Shown here piece by piece: positions 11,508 through 23,692 of a stretch of 64,000 bases of DNA (position 1 is the first letter of the stretch; each line of letters opens with the position of its first letter). The DNA comes from Chloropicon primus (taxonomy: Eukaryota): NCBI GenBank assembly GCA_023205875.1, contig CP060764.1, positions 124,001 through 188,000 on the forward strand. The letters are read 5' to 3'. The position numbers and the translations under genes were made by a program. The notes beneath the pieces are model-generated. The model was not told the DNA's origin and made no database searches. It saw only the letters and a list, made by a program, of their open reading frames with translations.

Positions 11508-12151
11508 CTTCACGGCAGGAATCAAAGCATCAAGAACCTTCGATCGATCAAATGCTCGCGGCGAGACGAATCTTCGGCTTGGCACAACCTCCACCTCTTC
11601 AACCTTCGCCCTCCTCTCTCTCTTTCTCTCTCTCACGAAGATGATGATGATGATGTTGATGATGATCGATCGTCGCTCCCCTCCGCCATCACTTTTGTCA
11701 AATCCTCACCACGAAGCCGCTTTTCTCGAGCGACCACACGAACGAAAGATCAAGAGACGACGATCGCACCTGTTCCCTCCTCTCCTCCTCCTCGCTCCCT
11801 CCCTCGACGCCCTCTGCGATCGATCGCTTCGCCTTGGCCTCTTCCTCTCTGCGATCGCGATCGCCCTGCTTTAGCAGATTCCACTGATCGATCGATCGAT
11901 CAGAAGGGCGAACTCCAAAGCGCACGCCAGACGAGAGAGCGACGAGGGAGGGAACGACGCAAAGGTCCAGGGGAGGGAAACGGAGTAAACAGGAAGACGG
12001 CGATCGTTTTTATCTTTCCGTCGACCTCACTTGGAAGATTTTGCGTCTCATTTTGACCCACAGCAGCGTCCATCCCAACGCATCGCATCGCATCGCGGCG
12101 GCCACGAAGAGAGAGGCTAGGCTTAGCGAGTGACGCGTTCGTGGATTGGTC

Positions 12152-12745
12152 ATGGTGGTGCGGCTGAGGCTTGCGCGCTTCGGGAGGTACAAGTTCCCTT
12201 TCTATAGGATCTTTGCCGCGGACTCGAGGGCGCCTCGGGATGGGAAGCACTTGGAAATCTTGGGCCACTACGATCCAATACCACAGAAGGACGGAAACAA
12301 GCATGTGGCCTTGCACGTGGAGAGGGTCAAGTATTGGCTGTCTGTGGGAGCGCAGCCGTCGAAACCTGTGGCGCGGATACTCTCCAGGGCAGGTGAGTCG
12401 AAATACATCCCGACCGAACGACGCTACGAACGTGCCCGACGCTTCTCCATGCCGAATGAAAGAATGGAAGAAGGGAGGGAGCTGGTCTCTCTTTTTCTCT
12501 CTCTTTCTCTCTTTCTCTTTCTCTTTTTGTGGTTCACTTTGGCGGAAGATCTCGTCCGCCCACGGAAAGGGCGTCGTGTGGTGTGTGGCATGGTATTCCT
12601 CGCTCGTTGACTGACTCCTCTCTTCACTTTGCTTTCTCTCGTTGTTGTGGACGCAGGAATTCTGCCCAGTTTGCCTTCAAAGAAACACGCCAACCAAGGC
12701 ATGAGCAAGAAGACAATCAAGGAGCTCGAGACCAGTGAGGACTGA
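12152..12745 (+). CDS. RPS16: Organellar ribosomal protein S16 (bS16); intron 12393-12656
   Basis: MVVRLRLARFG...PFYRI..ADSRAPRDGKHLEILG.YDP...YWLSVGAQPS. The spliced ORF ends at TGA 12743-12745. Confidence 0.95.
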
Positions 12746-13240
12746 GGGACCTCCTTGGATCCCATTTCCCCGCCAGACCGACCGCTTTGCCTGCGTATGA
12801 GGCAACGCTTTCGCCGTTTAAATGAAAAGCCTATCTATATACTATGCGTTCCGCGCTGGTCCTCACCCTTCCTCTCAAAGGCCAAGGACAGGTGATGACG
12901 GGAAAGCAAGGCTTGCACGAAGGATCCCCTTGCCCCTCGTCCTCTCCTCGACCTTCCCTCCCACACCCCAAAGCCAAAGCTTCCACACCAATGACCTCTA
13001 TCCCTCAAACTCCCAAGCTTTCTCCCGCTCCATCCTTCCAAACAAGGTAGGGAGGGACTCTTCGGAAAGGATGACGAGACGATGCATCCCACCAAAGGCT
13101 CCTCCCCTCGCCCCTTGCCCTCCCCGCCGCGATCCCTCCCATCAAAACATGTTCCTGATGCTCCTCTGCTCCTCTGCTCCTCCGAGGGCCGAGAGAGCGA
13201 AAGCAAAGGGGGGCGAATCAAAACGGCGCCGATCACGATC

Positions 13241-16200
13241 ATGTCGGACCACGAGACAGAGGAAGAGGAAGAGGTGGGAGTGTTGGGCTCGGACGTGGAG
13301 GAGGAGGAGGAGGAGGAGGAGGTCGACAGCGAGGAGGAGGAGGAGCTTCAGGAGGGCAAGAGTCCGGAAAACACTCGTCCTCGAAACGAAAACAAGAGGA
13401 AGAAGAAACGCAAGGTAAGGAAGTCAAGCAAGCCGACAGAGGGTTGGTTTAGGTATTTGCATTCGCATGCTCTCGTGACATGCTTCACCTTGCGATGCCT
13501 TTCGATTTCTTCTGACCCGTTCTGTTTGATTCCGTTTCGTTTGGTTTCGTTTGGTTTGGGACGACGACGACGATGAACCCAGAAGAAAGGTTCTCAGTTC
13601 ATAGAAGAAGAAGCCATGGAGGATTCGGATGAGGATGAGGAGGACGAGGCTGGCGGCGAGGGGCCGAGCAAGAAGAGGAGCAAGTTCATTGACGACATGG
13701 CGGCTATCGGAGATGACGACGAAGAGATCGAGGACTTTGATATGGAAGATCCTTTCCTCATGGATGAGCAAGCGGAGGTAGGGCACAAGGCTTGATCTGG
13801 CCGCCAACCCACTCTTTTGTCGCCCGTCTCCCCCCTCCCCCTTCTTGCTTCCTTCCCCGTCGTCCGTCTCGCGATCGAAAGGTCTTCTTTGCTGACGAGT
13901 AACTCTCCCCCTTCCGTAACCTCTCCCTCATATCCTCAACCCTGTTCTGCTTGCTAGGTCGATGCCGTGAAGGCTACGAATATGAACAAGATGTACCGGG
14001 AGATGGACACCCGGGACCGATTCCAGACCGACGAGGACCTGGAGAAGTTCGTGCAAGAGAGGTACATGGGAAGGGAGGACGAGTACAACGAAGTGGACGA
14101 GGACTTGCAGGATGGCGAGGTAGGCGAGGTGACCGCTGCGGAGCAGAGGGCTCTCCAACCTACGGTGAGGGACCCGTTCTTGTGGCTGGTCAAGGTGAAG
14201 CGGGGCAAGGAGAGCGAGATTGTGATCAGGATCATGCAGAAGGCGATCGTCTACGAGAACAGGAGGAGGGAGAATGGCGGCAAGGGCCCAAGGCTGCAGA
14301 TCACGAGTGTGGTGCACCACTCCAACCTCAAGGGTTACATCTACGTCGAGGCGAGGAAGGCGAATGCGGTGAAGCTTGCGATCAAGGGCATGCAGGACGT
14401 GTATGCGAGCTACGATGCGACGCACATCCCCCTGAAGGAGATGGCTGACGCCCTGACCCTGGCCGATAACAAGGCAATCCTGTGCGATGTGGGCGACTGG
14501 GTCAAGATGAGAGGAGGAGAATACAAGGGCGACCTTGCCAAAGTGGTCTGGTCGAGTGACACGGGGGAGAGGATCATGGTCAAGGTCGTCCCGAGGCTGG
14601 ACTTTGCCGAGATGGCAGCCCGCAAGGCTGGTGCAGCAGCCAAAATGAACAAGATGAGGACGCCTGCCAAGGCCTTCAACAGGCAGGAGGCGAGAAAATA
14701 CGGGTTGGGTTTGAGCACGTTGACGTCTAACCGCCTCGGCACTCAAGTTCTCGAGTGCGCCGGCAAGCAGTTCTCGGACGGTTATCTCCTCAAGGAGGCC
14801 AGCGTGAAGACAGTGATGCACGTGAAGCCCACTTACGATGAGATCCTGAAATTCAACGAGATGGAGACCAAGGCTGGCGCGGATAACAACGATGATCCAG
14901 ATGAAGGAATCGTGTCTCAATCGGACGCCCTTCGAAAGACGCTGCAAGACGCCAGGGATGTGGAGAATGAGAACCAAAAGGACTTGACGGCCGAGAAGGC
15001 TGCGCACACCTTCTCCAAGGGCGACACTGTCATTGTTGCCAGGGGAGAGCTGCAAAACCTTGTGGGAACCGTGGATCGTATCTCCGCTCATGAGGGCATC
15101 GTTCACATCAAACCAGACCACAAGGACCTCACGGATTTGCTTCCGATCGATGCCATGCTCCTGGAGAAGTATTTCACCGTGGGCAAGCACGTCAAGGTTG
15201 TGTCAGGAAAGTACGAAGGTAGCACTGGAATGGTTGTGGCGGTTAACGACACGGTTGCGGTGGTTTTCTCGGACATGTCCCAGCAAGAGATGAAGGTGTT
15301 CATGAGGGACCTAGTAGACTGCGTGGAGACTTCGCATGGTTTGACCAAGTATGGAGAATACACCTTACTCGATTTGGTTCAGCTTTCTACCACGGAAAGC
15401 GGTGTCATTGTTGGGGTGGAAAAAGACTGTTGCATGGTTTTGTTGACATCTGGCAAGACGGAGAAGAAGGAGAGTAAAGACATTGCGAGGAAAGTTTATG
15501 CCTCGAAGCTCACTGGTTTCGATGGCTGGAACAACATCGTCAACAGCGGCGACGTGGTCAAGATCGTGAGCGGCGACTTTGCAGGAAAGCAGGGCACCGT
15601 GAAGCACGTCGCCAAGAACAACTTTTTGTTTGTGGAGTGCAGGGACGTGCTCGAAAACTTGGGAATCATCTGTGTGAAGGCAAAGTCCTGCGACGTGGTT
15701 GGCGGGGACAAGAACAGGGCAGGGGGCGCCGGCGGAAGGTCTCGGGGCCGGGAAGTGACGGGTGCCGTGCCCAAGTCCTTCAATGCCCTCCAGAGGGAAT
15801 CCCCGTTGATCGGGAAATCCATCATTATCACGAAGGGTCCCTACAAGAGCTACAAGGGGAAGGTCATGGACGCCAACGACAGGATGGTGAGGGTGCAGCT
15901 GGAAGCCCAGCCCAGGGTCGTGACTGTGAAGCACAAGCACCTGAGCAAGGAGCACCAGGCGGTCTTGCGATCGAATTTCCAGGCGCCTCGGCCAATGTTC
16001 TCCATGCCGGCCACGGTGCAGGGAGGAAGGAACGCTTTCAGCTCCATGGCGGCAGGGGCGCAGACGCCTATGCACTCTGGCATGATGGCGGGGGGCTACG
16101 GCAGCCAGACGCCTATGCATCACAGCGGAGCTTCCCTCCTCTCTCCTTTCAGGATCTCAGAGAGCGCCCCAGAGCCCTCGAGCAAGCGCGGTGTGGACGA

Positions 16201-16561
16201 GTTCAGTCCAGGCCTTCTCATGAACGTCGTTTGCTATGCTAGCCACTTGAACAAGTACGGCAAGGTCGTCCAAATCAATCCGGACAACTCGGTCACCCTT
16301 CAGCTGGGCACTTACAGCGGTGTTGATGGGTTCCAGCCCCGGTCACAGAGGGAGACCCACAACACCAGGGATCTGGAACTCGCCAAGCCCGTTGAAAACG
16401 GGTTCGTGAGGATCTTGGGAGGCGATCTGAGGCAGCATGGCAACGCCCAGAGCAAACTCATTTCGTTTATGGACGCGGAGACGGGTCTTGTTCGAGACCT
16501 CGGCGATATGTCGGAGATCAACCAGGTCGCTATACCTTTGCTGGGATACGTTGTCCCTTGA
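13241..16561 (+). CDS. SPT5: Transcription elongation factor SPT5; 3 exons (13241-13414, ~13583-13777, 13958-16561)
   Basis: Acidic N-terminus, NGN domain (PTVRDPFLWLVK, KGYIYVEA), several KOW motifs (YKGDLA, GPYKSYKG), and short CTR repeats (GAQTPMH, GSQTPMH). Confidence 0.95.
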
Positions 16562-16707
16562 GCAGCAATAACAGCAACAACAACACGCAACTAAATCACC
16601 AAATCCATGTAAGAATCTTTCAAATAGCACCCAAGCCCCTGCATCCGCATCGCATCCCACCAACACACACACCCCTCCTCCTCTCCACCTCTGTGGTTCC
16701 CGCCACA

Positions 16708-17802
16708 ATGGACAGGGAGATGGGCGTCGTCGAAGCGACGACGAAGAGCGGCGTCAAGGCCAAGGTGTCGCGTTGTCAGGCAAGTTCTGTTCGAGTCGGT
16801 TCCTCCGCAGTCATGGGAAGGCCCTGCGCGAGTCACAGGCGCCATGCCGAGTTCCGCAGGAGGAGGATCTTGCCGATATCGTTCGCAGGGAGCTCGAGTT
16901 CCGAGGAGTACTCGGAAGTGATGCAAGCGAAGATGGGAGGGAGCTTGACCTACGTGCACGAGAGGGGGATAAATTACACGAGGATCTTGCCGAACCTCAT
17001 CGTGGGCTCATGCTTGCAGACAGGGGCGGATGCCAAGGCTCTGCGGAGGGACGAGAAAGTGAAAGCGGTCTTGTGCCTCCAGCAGGACTCTGATATGGAT
17101 TACTTTCACCTTGATCTGGACCCGGTGCTTGAAGGGTGTAAGTCGGCTGGGATCGATCACTTGAGGTGTCGGGTGAATGATTTTGATCCGTATGACTTGC
17201 GGTTGAAGCTTCCCCAAGGCGTTGCAGCGCTCCACAAGGCCGTAAGCAGCTGCGGGGAGGGGGAGTGCGCGTACGTCCACTGCACTGCTGGGCTGGGGAG
17301 GGCCCCGGGGGTGGCTATTGGGTACATGTACTGGGTTCTCGGGATGCCCCTTCTCGACGCACATCGGTTGCTTACGTCCAAGCGACCTTGCAACCCGAAG
17401 GTGAACTCCATCAGGCAAGCGACGTGCGACCTTCTCTTTGGACTGGAGCGGAGCAGGGTGAAGATAGGGATGAAGGCCCCGGTGAACGCCAAGGAAGTTC
17501 TGGTGGCCGGGCTGGACATGGGCTGGGACAACCCCGCAGAGTGCAAGAGAGAGCTGGACAGATTCGTGCTGGAGAGGGACTTGCCCGGTGGCCGGTTCCA
17601 GTACAAGTACATCGTGGACGGCCGCTGGACCTTCAACGCCGACGCTCCGCTGTGCGATGACAACGGCAACAGCAACAACTACATCGATGTCTCCGGCGGG
17701 GAGAATGACTACCTTGTCAGGAAGCGCTTGCTCTCGGAGGAAGCCACGCTAACGCAGGTCGAGAAAGACATATTGTCAAAAGAGCTGCAAAGAAGAATGT
17801 AA
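16708..17802 (+). CDS. SEX4: Phosphoglucan phosphatase (dual-specificity phosphatase plus CBM48)
   Basis: YVHCTAGLGRAP active site, YxHERGxNY, GLDMGW, and FQYKYIVDGRW CBM48. Confidence 0.92.
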   Translation: MDREMGVVEATTKSGVKAKVSRCQASSVRVGSSAVMGRPCASHRRHAEFRRRRILPISFAGSSSSEEYSEVMQAKMGGSLTYVHERGINYTRILPNLIVGSCLQTGADAKALRRDEKVKAVLCLQQDSDMDYFHLDLDPVLEGCKSAGIDHLRCRVNDFDPYDLRLKLPQGVAALHKAVSSCGEGECAYVHCTAGLGRAPGVAIGYMYWVLGMPLLDAHRLLTSKRPCNPKVNSIRQATCDLLFGLERSRVKIGMKAPVNAKEVLVAGLDMGWDNPAECKRELDRFVLERDLPGGRFQYKYIVDGRWTFNADAPLCDDNGNSNNYIDVSGGENDYLVRKRLLSEEATLTQVEKDILSKELQRRM

Positions 17803-17883
17803 AAAATATGTGTGATCACAACTCGGGAAGGACGACGCTCTTCTCTCTCGCGCGCGCGCTGCTGGCATTCCTTTGCCCTCGCC

Positions 17884-18732
17884 TTATTTGAAAGTAGCCG
17901 TCGTGTTATTCATCTGCTTGATGTACCGGTCCGAGTTCCTGTACTCGGCGATCCTTTCGTGGTTGTGTATGGCGTCGTAGAGAGTTCGCAAACCTTGGCG
18001 GCCGTCCAACAGAGAAGCGTCTAGGACCAAGAACTGGTCGATGAGGTCGTACCAGAGCAAATCCACAAAGGTGGCCTTCTTCCCAACAAGAAAGCACGAG
18101 CCATCCTCCCCGAAGCTCTTCAAGTAGCCTTCCAGTTCCACCATGCTCGATCGAATGAACTCCACGAGGTCACCCTTCATGTCATGAAAGTCTTTCGAAT
18201 AAGCCGCAGCAGTGTATCGCTTCCTGACGTCCTGAGAGTAACACAGGAGCATGTTCACCCGGGCACGGTCCTCCGTCGTTTCCCCGGCCAACCCAGCGCG
18301 ATTCGCAAGGTACTGCATAAGGAATGAAGAACGCGTGTGTTGCGATGATGATGATGATGAAGTTGATCATGATGATGATGCGAACAAACAAAAGTCAGTC
18401 CATCCAAACGATGGAATGGATCAAACGAGTCGAAGGGCACTCACCTGCAATATGGCATTGGTCTGGGTGATCTTCAAGTCCCCGTCGACGAGGTACGGGA
18501 GGTTCGGGAACGGAAGACCCAAGCTGAACTTGTTGTCGAACCACGAGGACTTGTCGAAGGATCCGTCCTCCTTCTGGACGCAAAAGTAAAGAACGTCCTC
18601 GTAATCGAATGCAGCGTACTCGAGCAAAAGACGTATGGGTTGTCCCAAACCCTTGATCGCCCAATACCCTAGCTGCACCTTGTTCCCGTCCTTCCCCGTC
18701 CTCGGCCTCTTCGCTTCGCTTCCTCCTTCCAT
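17884..18732 (-). CDS. Glutathione S-transferase, Mu-class-like; intron 18313-18444
   Basis: LGYWAIKGLGQPIRLLLEY...WFDNKFSLGLPFPNLPYLVDGDLKITQTNAIL|YLA, with a GST C-terminal domain in exon 2. Confidence 0.92.
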
Positions 18733-18788
18733 CGTGGCCGCCTAACGCTCGCGCCGCTTCTGATGATGGAGGGGGCACCGAAGGTGTG

Positions 18789-18861
18789 GGCAATGCAGGG
18801 CAATGGAGGGCAATGGAGGGCAATGGAGGGCAATGGAGGGCAATGCAGGGCAATGGAGGGG
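18789..18861. repeat. 10-bp tandem repeat (GGCAATGSAG)n, about 7 copies
   Basis: caatggaggg/caatgcaggg units upstream of the GST gene, with degenerate copies near 18985-19020. Confidence 0.9.
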
Positions 18862-19205
18862 AGGCTTGTGGGAGAGGATGCACCGGGAAGCTGTGGTTGG
18901 AGACGTGGGATGCAGGGGACCACCATGGAAGGGAGGCACCGATCATCAAAGGTGTGGGTGTGGGTGTCAGTGTGAGTGTGGGGAGGGCAATGCAAGGGCA
19001 GTGCAAGGGCAATGGAAGGGGAAGGAAAACTGTGGCGTGGCGTGGTCTGAGGCGGTGCTGGTGCAGCGTTGGTCCTGTGGCGTGTGGGGAGAAGGGTCAT
19101 AGAAAAACAAAAACGGGGGGAGCTCGCTCGCTCGTCCGTTCGTCGTGGCCGAGGGGGAAGTGCCTATAACTTAACTTTTGTTTATACACGGTGGTTTTAG
19201 CCAGT

Positions 19206-20390
19206 TTAATGGAAACGAGGCGGCGGGTGGGACAGCCTGTACGTGATCGCCTTCACTGCTCGAGGGGTCATTACTAACCGGTCAAAGGCAAGCAGGTCGT
19301 ACACGTTGAGACCTTCCGGCGGGATGACTTTCACCCGCTTCTTCAAGTTCTTCGCGCTCCTCTTAAGCTTCAAGAAGTCTTCGCACAGGGGGATTTCCTC
19401 TCCCTTCCTGGCGTTCCTCAGCAGGTTGGCCCTCCACTGCCAGTGGCTCTTCTTCACGCCAGTCAGCGGGTCCACCGGCTCGTAGTCCTCCCAGTTGATG
19501 CCCACGGCATCGTCGACGAGGAGGAACGACGTCCTGTCGTGCTCGAATCGGTCGATGAACTCCGTGAGCTCCTTGGTCTTCGGGGCCTTGCTCTCGATCT
19601 TGAGCTCATCCACCACGGTGAGCTGGCCGGCGGCAAGTTTGGAGGACACGGCCACCCTCAAGCCCAGTCTCCTGATCTTTGAGTTCAAGGACTGAGACCA
19701 GTCCTTGGGCCGCGGTCCGTGGGCCTTCCCTCCTCCCCTGAACAGGGGCGATCGGATGGATCCCGCCCTGGCTCGCCCCGTTCCCTTCTGGGGCCAAGGC
19801 TTCCTTCCTCCCCCCCTAACTTCCGACCTCGTCTTCACCTTGACGGTTCCCTGGCGCCAGTTCGCCCGCTGCCACACGACGACGCGGTGCACAATGTCCT
19901 TCCTCAGGGGCTGGTCGTACACGAGCCCCGGAAGGGTGATGCTTCCCACACCCTCCAAGCTCCTGTTCACCACAGGGACCACTCTGTCGATCAGCATCCC
20001 TTGCTCCGCAACAGAACCTTCCTCCGCAGGTGAGGAGGAGGAGGACGTCTTCAAGTCCCTGTCGCCCTCCCACAACTCCAAGTACTCTCTCGAAGGATGC
20101 TCGTAACTGGAGATGATTTCCTTCTCCCTCCTGCTCAAGTAAGGCCGGTGAACGTGCTCCACCTCATGCGCCTCCGATCGAAACCCTCTCCCTCTTGCTC
20201 CGCCATGCCAAGCTTCAGAGGAGCCACAACTCCAAGGACTTGGCGAGCAAGCAGTGAACCGAGCACGGCTCACGACGCGGTGTGTGCTCGTGCTTTGGTC
20301 CAAGCGCGCCAGCTTCGGTGCAAGCCTTCCGCCATGGAACACGCACAATTCTTTAAGCTGCCGTGCCCCTGCAACAAACAACAACCTCAT
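19206..20390 (-). CDS. RPL4: Organellar (probably mitochondrial) ribosomal protein L4
   Basis: RQGT..KTRSEVRGGGRKPWPQKGTGRARAGSIRSPLFRGGGKAHGPRP, GLNVYDLL, and a long targeting presequence. Confidence 0.95.
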   Translation of the reverse strand: MRLLFVAGARQLKELCVFHGGRLAPKLARLDQSTSTHRVVSRARFTACSPSPWSCGSSEAWHGGARGRGFRSEAHEVEHVHRPYLSRREKEIISSYEHPSREYLELWEGDRDLKTSSSSSPAEEGSVAEQGMLIDRVVPVVNRSLEGVGSITLPGLVYDQPLRKDIVHRVVVWQRANWRQGTVKVKTRSEVRGGGRKPWPQKGTGRARAGSIRSPLFRGGGKAHGPRPKDWSQSLNSKIRRLGLRVAVSSKLAAGQLTVVDELKIESKAPKTKELTEFIDRFEHDRTSFLLVDDAVGINWEDYEPVDPLTGVKKSHWQWRANLLRNARKGEEIPLCEDFLKLKRSAKNLKKRVKVIPPEGLNVYDLLAFDRLVMTPRAVKAITYRLSHPPPRFH

Positions 20391-20635
20391 GCCTTCCTCC
20401 TCTCTCTAATGAATGAATGAATGCTCGACCAATGCCTCGTTTTTTTCGAGGAAGGAGTCAAACGAAAGAGGAAGAGATGACGCTTTCGAAGGATCGCGTC
20501 GATCACCCTTCCGCTTCCTCCGTCCTCCTTCTTTCTCCCTTGTTCGGTTGCGTATCTGTTGTTGTTCTCCGCCGTCCTCTTGGGGGGTTCGTGGCTTGAG
20601 CCGCCCTTCTCTTTGGAAGGCGAGAAGTTCCTTGT

Positions 20636-20670
20636 AAACCCTAAAAGCCTAAAACCTAAAAACCTTAGGG
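20636..20670. promoter_or_regulatory. Telomere-like (CCTAAAA) array / telo-box upstream of RPL4
   Basis: taaaccctaaaagcctaaaacctaaaaacctta contains AAACCCTA. A regulatory role is inferred. Confidence 0.5.
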
Positions 20671-21340
20671 GGGTTCCCAAGAAGGAACACGTCCTTTGCT
20701 TGTCTGTCTCGAGGGAGGGATAGAATTCTTTAATGCTTGTCAAGGAGAGGGAGGACAGGACAGGGGTGTGAGGTACCGGGAAAGGGATTACAACCCACAA
20801 GAGATGCTCTTCGTTGGGTTGTCCTTGCTCGAGACGCGTTGTGTTGTAAGAGAATAGGACAATACGATCCATCGTCTCCCTCCTTGGTCGACAGGATCTG
20901 ACGGTAGGGGATCATCGTCAGACACGAGGTTCTACAAATATACCCTATGATTCCTTCCCAGCTTTTGCTTTTTGCTTCCAGACCACGAAGCTGGCGGCCC
21001 ATCACGACATTGTGGCGGAGGAGTCCGAGTCCGAGTACGAGTACGAGCTCCTGAAGTTCTCCATTGCTCCATTGCCTTCATTGGGTTGCCTCCTCCTGTG
21101 CTGCCTTGTACCTTTGTCCCGTGCGATGGAGGGGTAAAGCAAGGCGGGATCTTGGTGGTGACAGGACGAAGGGAGAGAGACCTAGGAGTGGTGTGGCATT
21201 GAGCGGGCCACCGACCAAAGCTTCACTTGGGGTGACAACCGAACCCAAGGTTTCCGGGGAAGAAACAACAAGAGGAAGAAGACTTTGACTTGGCTGGCAA
21301 CCTTTATCTGCCTTGTTTGCTTTGTTTGTCTTGAAAGGGG

Positions 21341-21674
21341 ATGGGGATGGGGATGAACCAAAACGACAGGGAGTCGAGTCCTGGAGACGTGAAGACTCAC
21401 AAGGTTGGCACGAACAAGGACGCGAACGAGGACGCACAAGAAGATGTGGCACTGAAAGCTTCGCAGACTGGGGACGTGAAGGTTCTCAAGCAGTTGTTAG
21501 ACGCGGGAGGTGGCGAGAGCTTGAGCTCGTCTCAGGCGGCGGAGCATGACTCGTAAGTGAACCACACTACTCCACAGGCAAACAGAGTCGAGGTGGTACC
21601 ATCCTAAAAACCTTTTGGACTCTGAGAGGGAGGGAGGGGCACAGTGGGTGTCAATGCCTCTCTCCCTCACAACC

Positions 21675-21707
<33 letters not shown>

Positions 21708-23463
21708 TGTGTGTGTCCAGCCGAGAAGCTCTGGCTGGCTCTGGCTCCTCTGGAGAGAGGAAGAGAAGTGACTGACAATAGCTTTGCTCCCTTTGCTTTG
21801 CAGGTTTTCTTTCCTGGACGCGAACATCCAAGGGCTGGAGACGATGGACAGAGAGTCCTTCCACTCGATAGCGAGCGTGGAGCAGGAGATAGCGACTGCG
21901 AACTTGAACGACATCGAGGTGGACTCGAGAGACTCGTGGGAGTCGAGTGCCTCGAGGGATTCGCTTCAACTGTTCAACGAGAGGCGCGAGGTTCGGTGGA
22001 CGCGGCATTTCTCCAAGGCAACCATAGACGACTCCCACGTGCTCAAGCCGGCCATTGATCCTGATCAGGAAGAGGAGGAGGAGGACGAAGAGACGAAGAA
22101 GTATTGCCAGCTATTAAACATCTCCATTAGGCAAGCGTGGCCGCTCTTCATATCGGGGTTTCATCTCAAGCTTAAGTCCGGGGCGACGAAAGAAAAGGGA
22201 AAGTTCATGATCAGCGCCAAGTTGATCGGGTCCAAGTCGAAGGTCCTTCTTGACGAGGATATTACCAACCCGCAGGACAGGCAGGAGAACAGCATCAAGT
22301 TCGTGGACCCTGTGCTGCTCGAAGTTCCATCGAGTTCCACGATCTTGCAGCTGCAGATCAAGAACCTGTCGAGGAACAAGTCACTGCTGCGCGGCAAGAG
22401 CGTCTGCATGAGAAACTTGGGGTACGTTTACATAAAGGTCAAGGACATCCTACAGGAGGAAAACAACCGCATCCACGACTTCTTCTCGGTTCAGAAAGGC
22501 ATACCGGCGACCCTGTTCTGCAGCGTGTCATTGATGTCCCCGTACATGGAGTACACGACGCTCCTTCAACTGGGAAGCCAGAACGAGAAGCACTTAGTCG
22601 GCGACGATGGTAACCACTACCGCAAGGTGCAGAACGAGGAGGCAGAGGAAGTCTTCACGTTCGGTAGGATGAAACATAGTAAGAACAAGGGGGTAATAAG
22701 CCGTTCGGGGTTGTCCGATAGGAACATCAAGGTGGTCTTGGCCTGCCTGGAGGAGATGAAGTTCGAGTGGCTTCACCCGGAGAGGCACTCGAACAGGGTC
22801 GTGGACATCATCGTGGTGAAGATGAACAACAAGGTGAAGGAGATCAAGGAGATCGTTGCCTTGATCATCAACTTCTTGGACGACGTTGGCAAGTATTCTT
22901 CGCACGTGCTGTACAGGAAATTCGACGTCAACAGCCTGGAAAAGGAGGGCGAGAAGATCTCGATGACTTGGGCCAAGTTTGCGAACATCAAGGTCAGCCG
23001 ATTGGGCAGGCTGAAGAACACCATGAAGAAGTGCAGGCTGGAGTCCACGACGGAGTTCGATGTGGTCAACGAAAGCGACGTCGACTGGGGGATTCAGATG
23101 AAGAAGCCTGACACTTGGAGCAGGAAGGACATGGGGAGCATGCCGCATATTGCCGGTTCTTGGGTCCTCCACGACAACACCATCAAGGTGGACAAGGTGC
23201 GCCAAGGCCACGACAGCAAAGAGAAGAAGCTGAAGAAGACGATGAAGAGAAAGAAGACTGTCATCGCGAGGGCGGAAGTTTACATCCATTACCTCAAAGC
23301 GAAGAAGTCCTTCCTCAGTTGTCACGGCAACGCGGAGAACCTGGACAGGTACATCTATCGCGGCTTCAAACTCATGGTGCAGAAGGCTTACATTTCCAAA
23401 GTCCCTGCCTTTGTCGCCCTTGTTTTGGCTCTCAAAGAGAGCGAGCTCCAGGACTGCTTGTAA
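21341..23463 (+). CDS. Uncharacterised protein with a possible C2-like domain; intron ~21554-21803
   Basis: 559-aa coding-biased ORF plus an upstream exon (gtaagt...ttgcag). A beta-rich segment ends LGYVYIKVKDI. Confidence 0.65.
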
Positions 23464-23692
23464 ACACACCCCGGGCTGACTGTAATATAGATACCAAAAA
23501 AGAAAACCTCCTCCTCCTCTTCCGATCCTCGTGGGAGGCGCACCTGAATGCATGGAGGGAGGGAAAGGGGGGCAAGCCACACCCATCAATCGGTCACGGC
23601 CGCGGGATCCTCCCCTTTCCCTTCCTCTTCCTCCTGGCCCTCTCCTCCTCCCTGCTGTCAGATCAGACTGGGTCTGAGAGCGAGGGAGTGCG

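Noticed and set aside
18395..19169. ORFs with WRAMEGNGGQ / LPSIALHCPP repeats
   Set aside because: They are translations of the 10-bp tandem repeat, not credible proteins.
20730..21300. Intergenic stretch with several small ORFs
   Set aside because: No motifs, coding bias or recognisable RNA gene.
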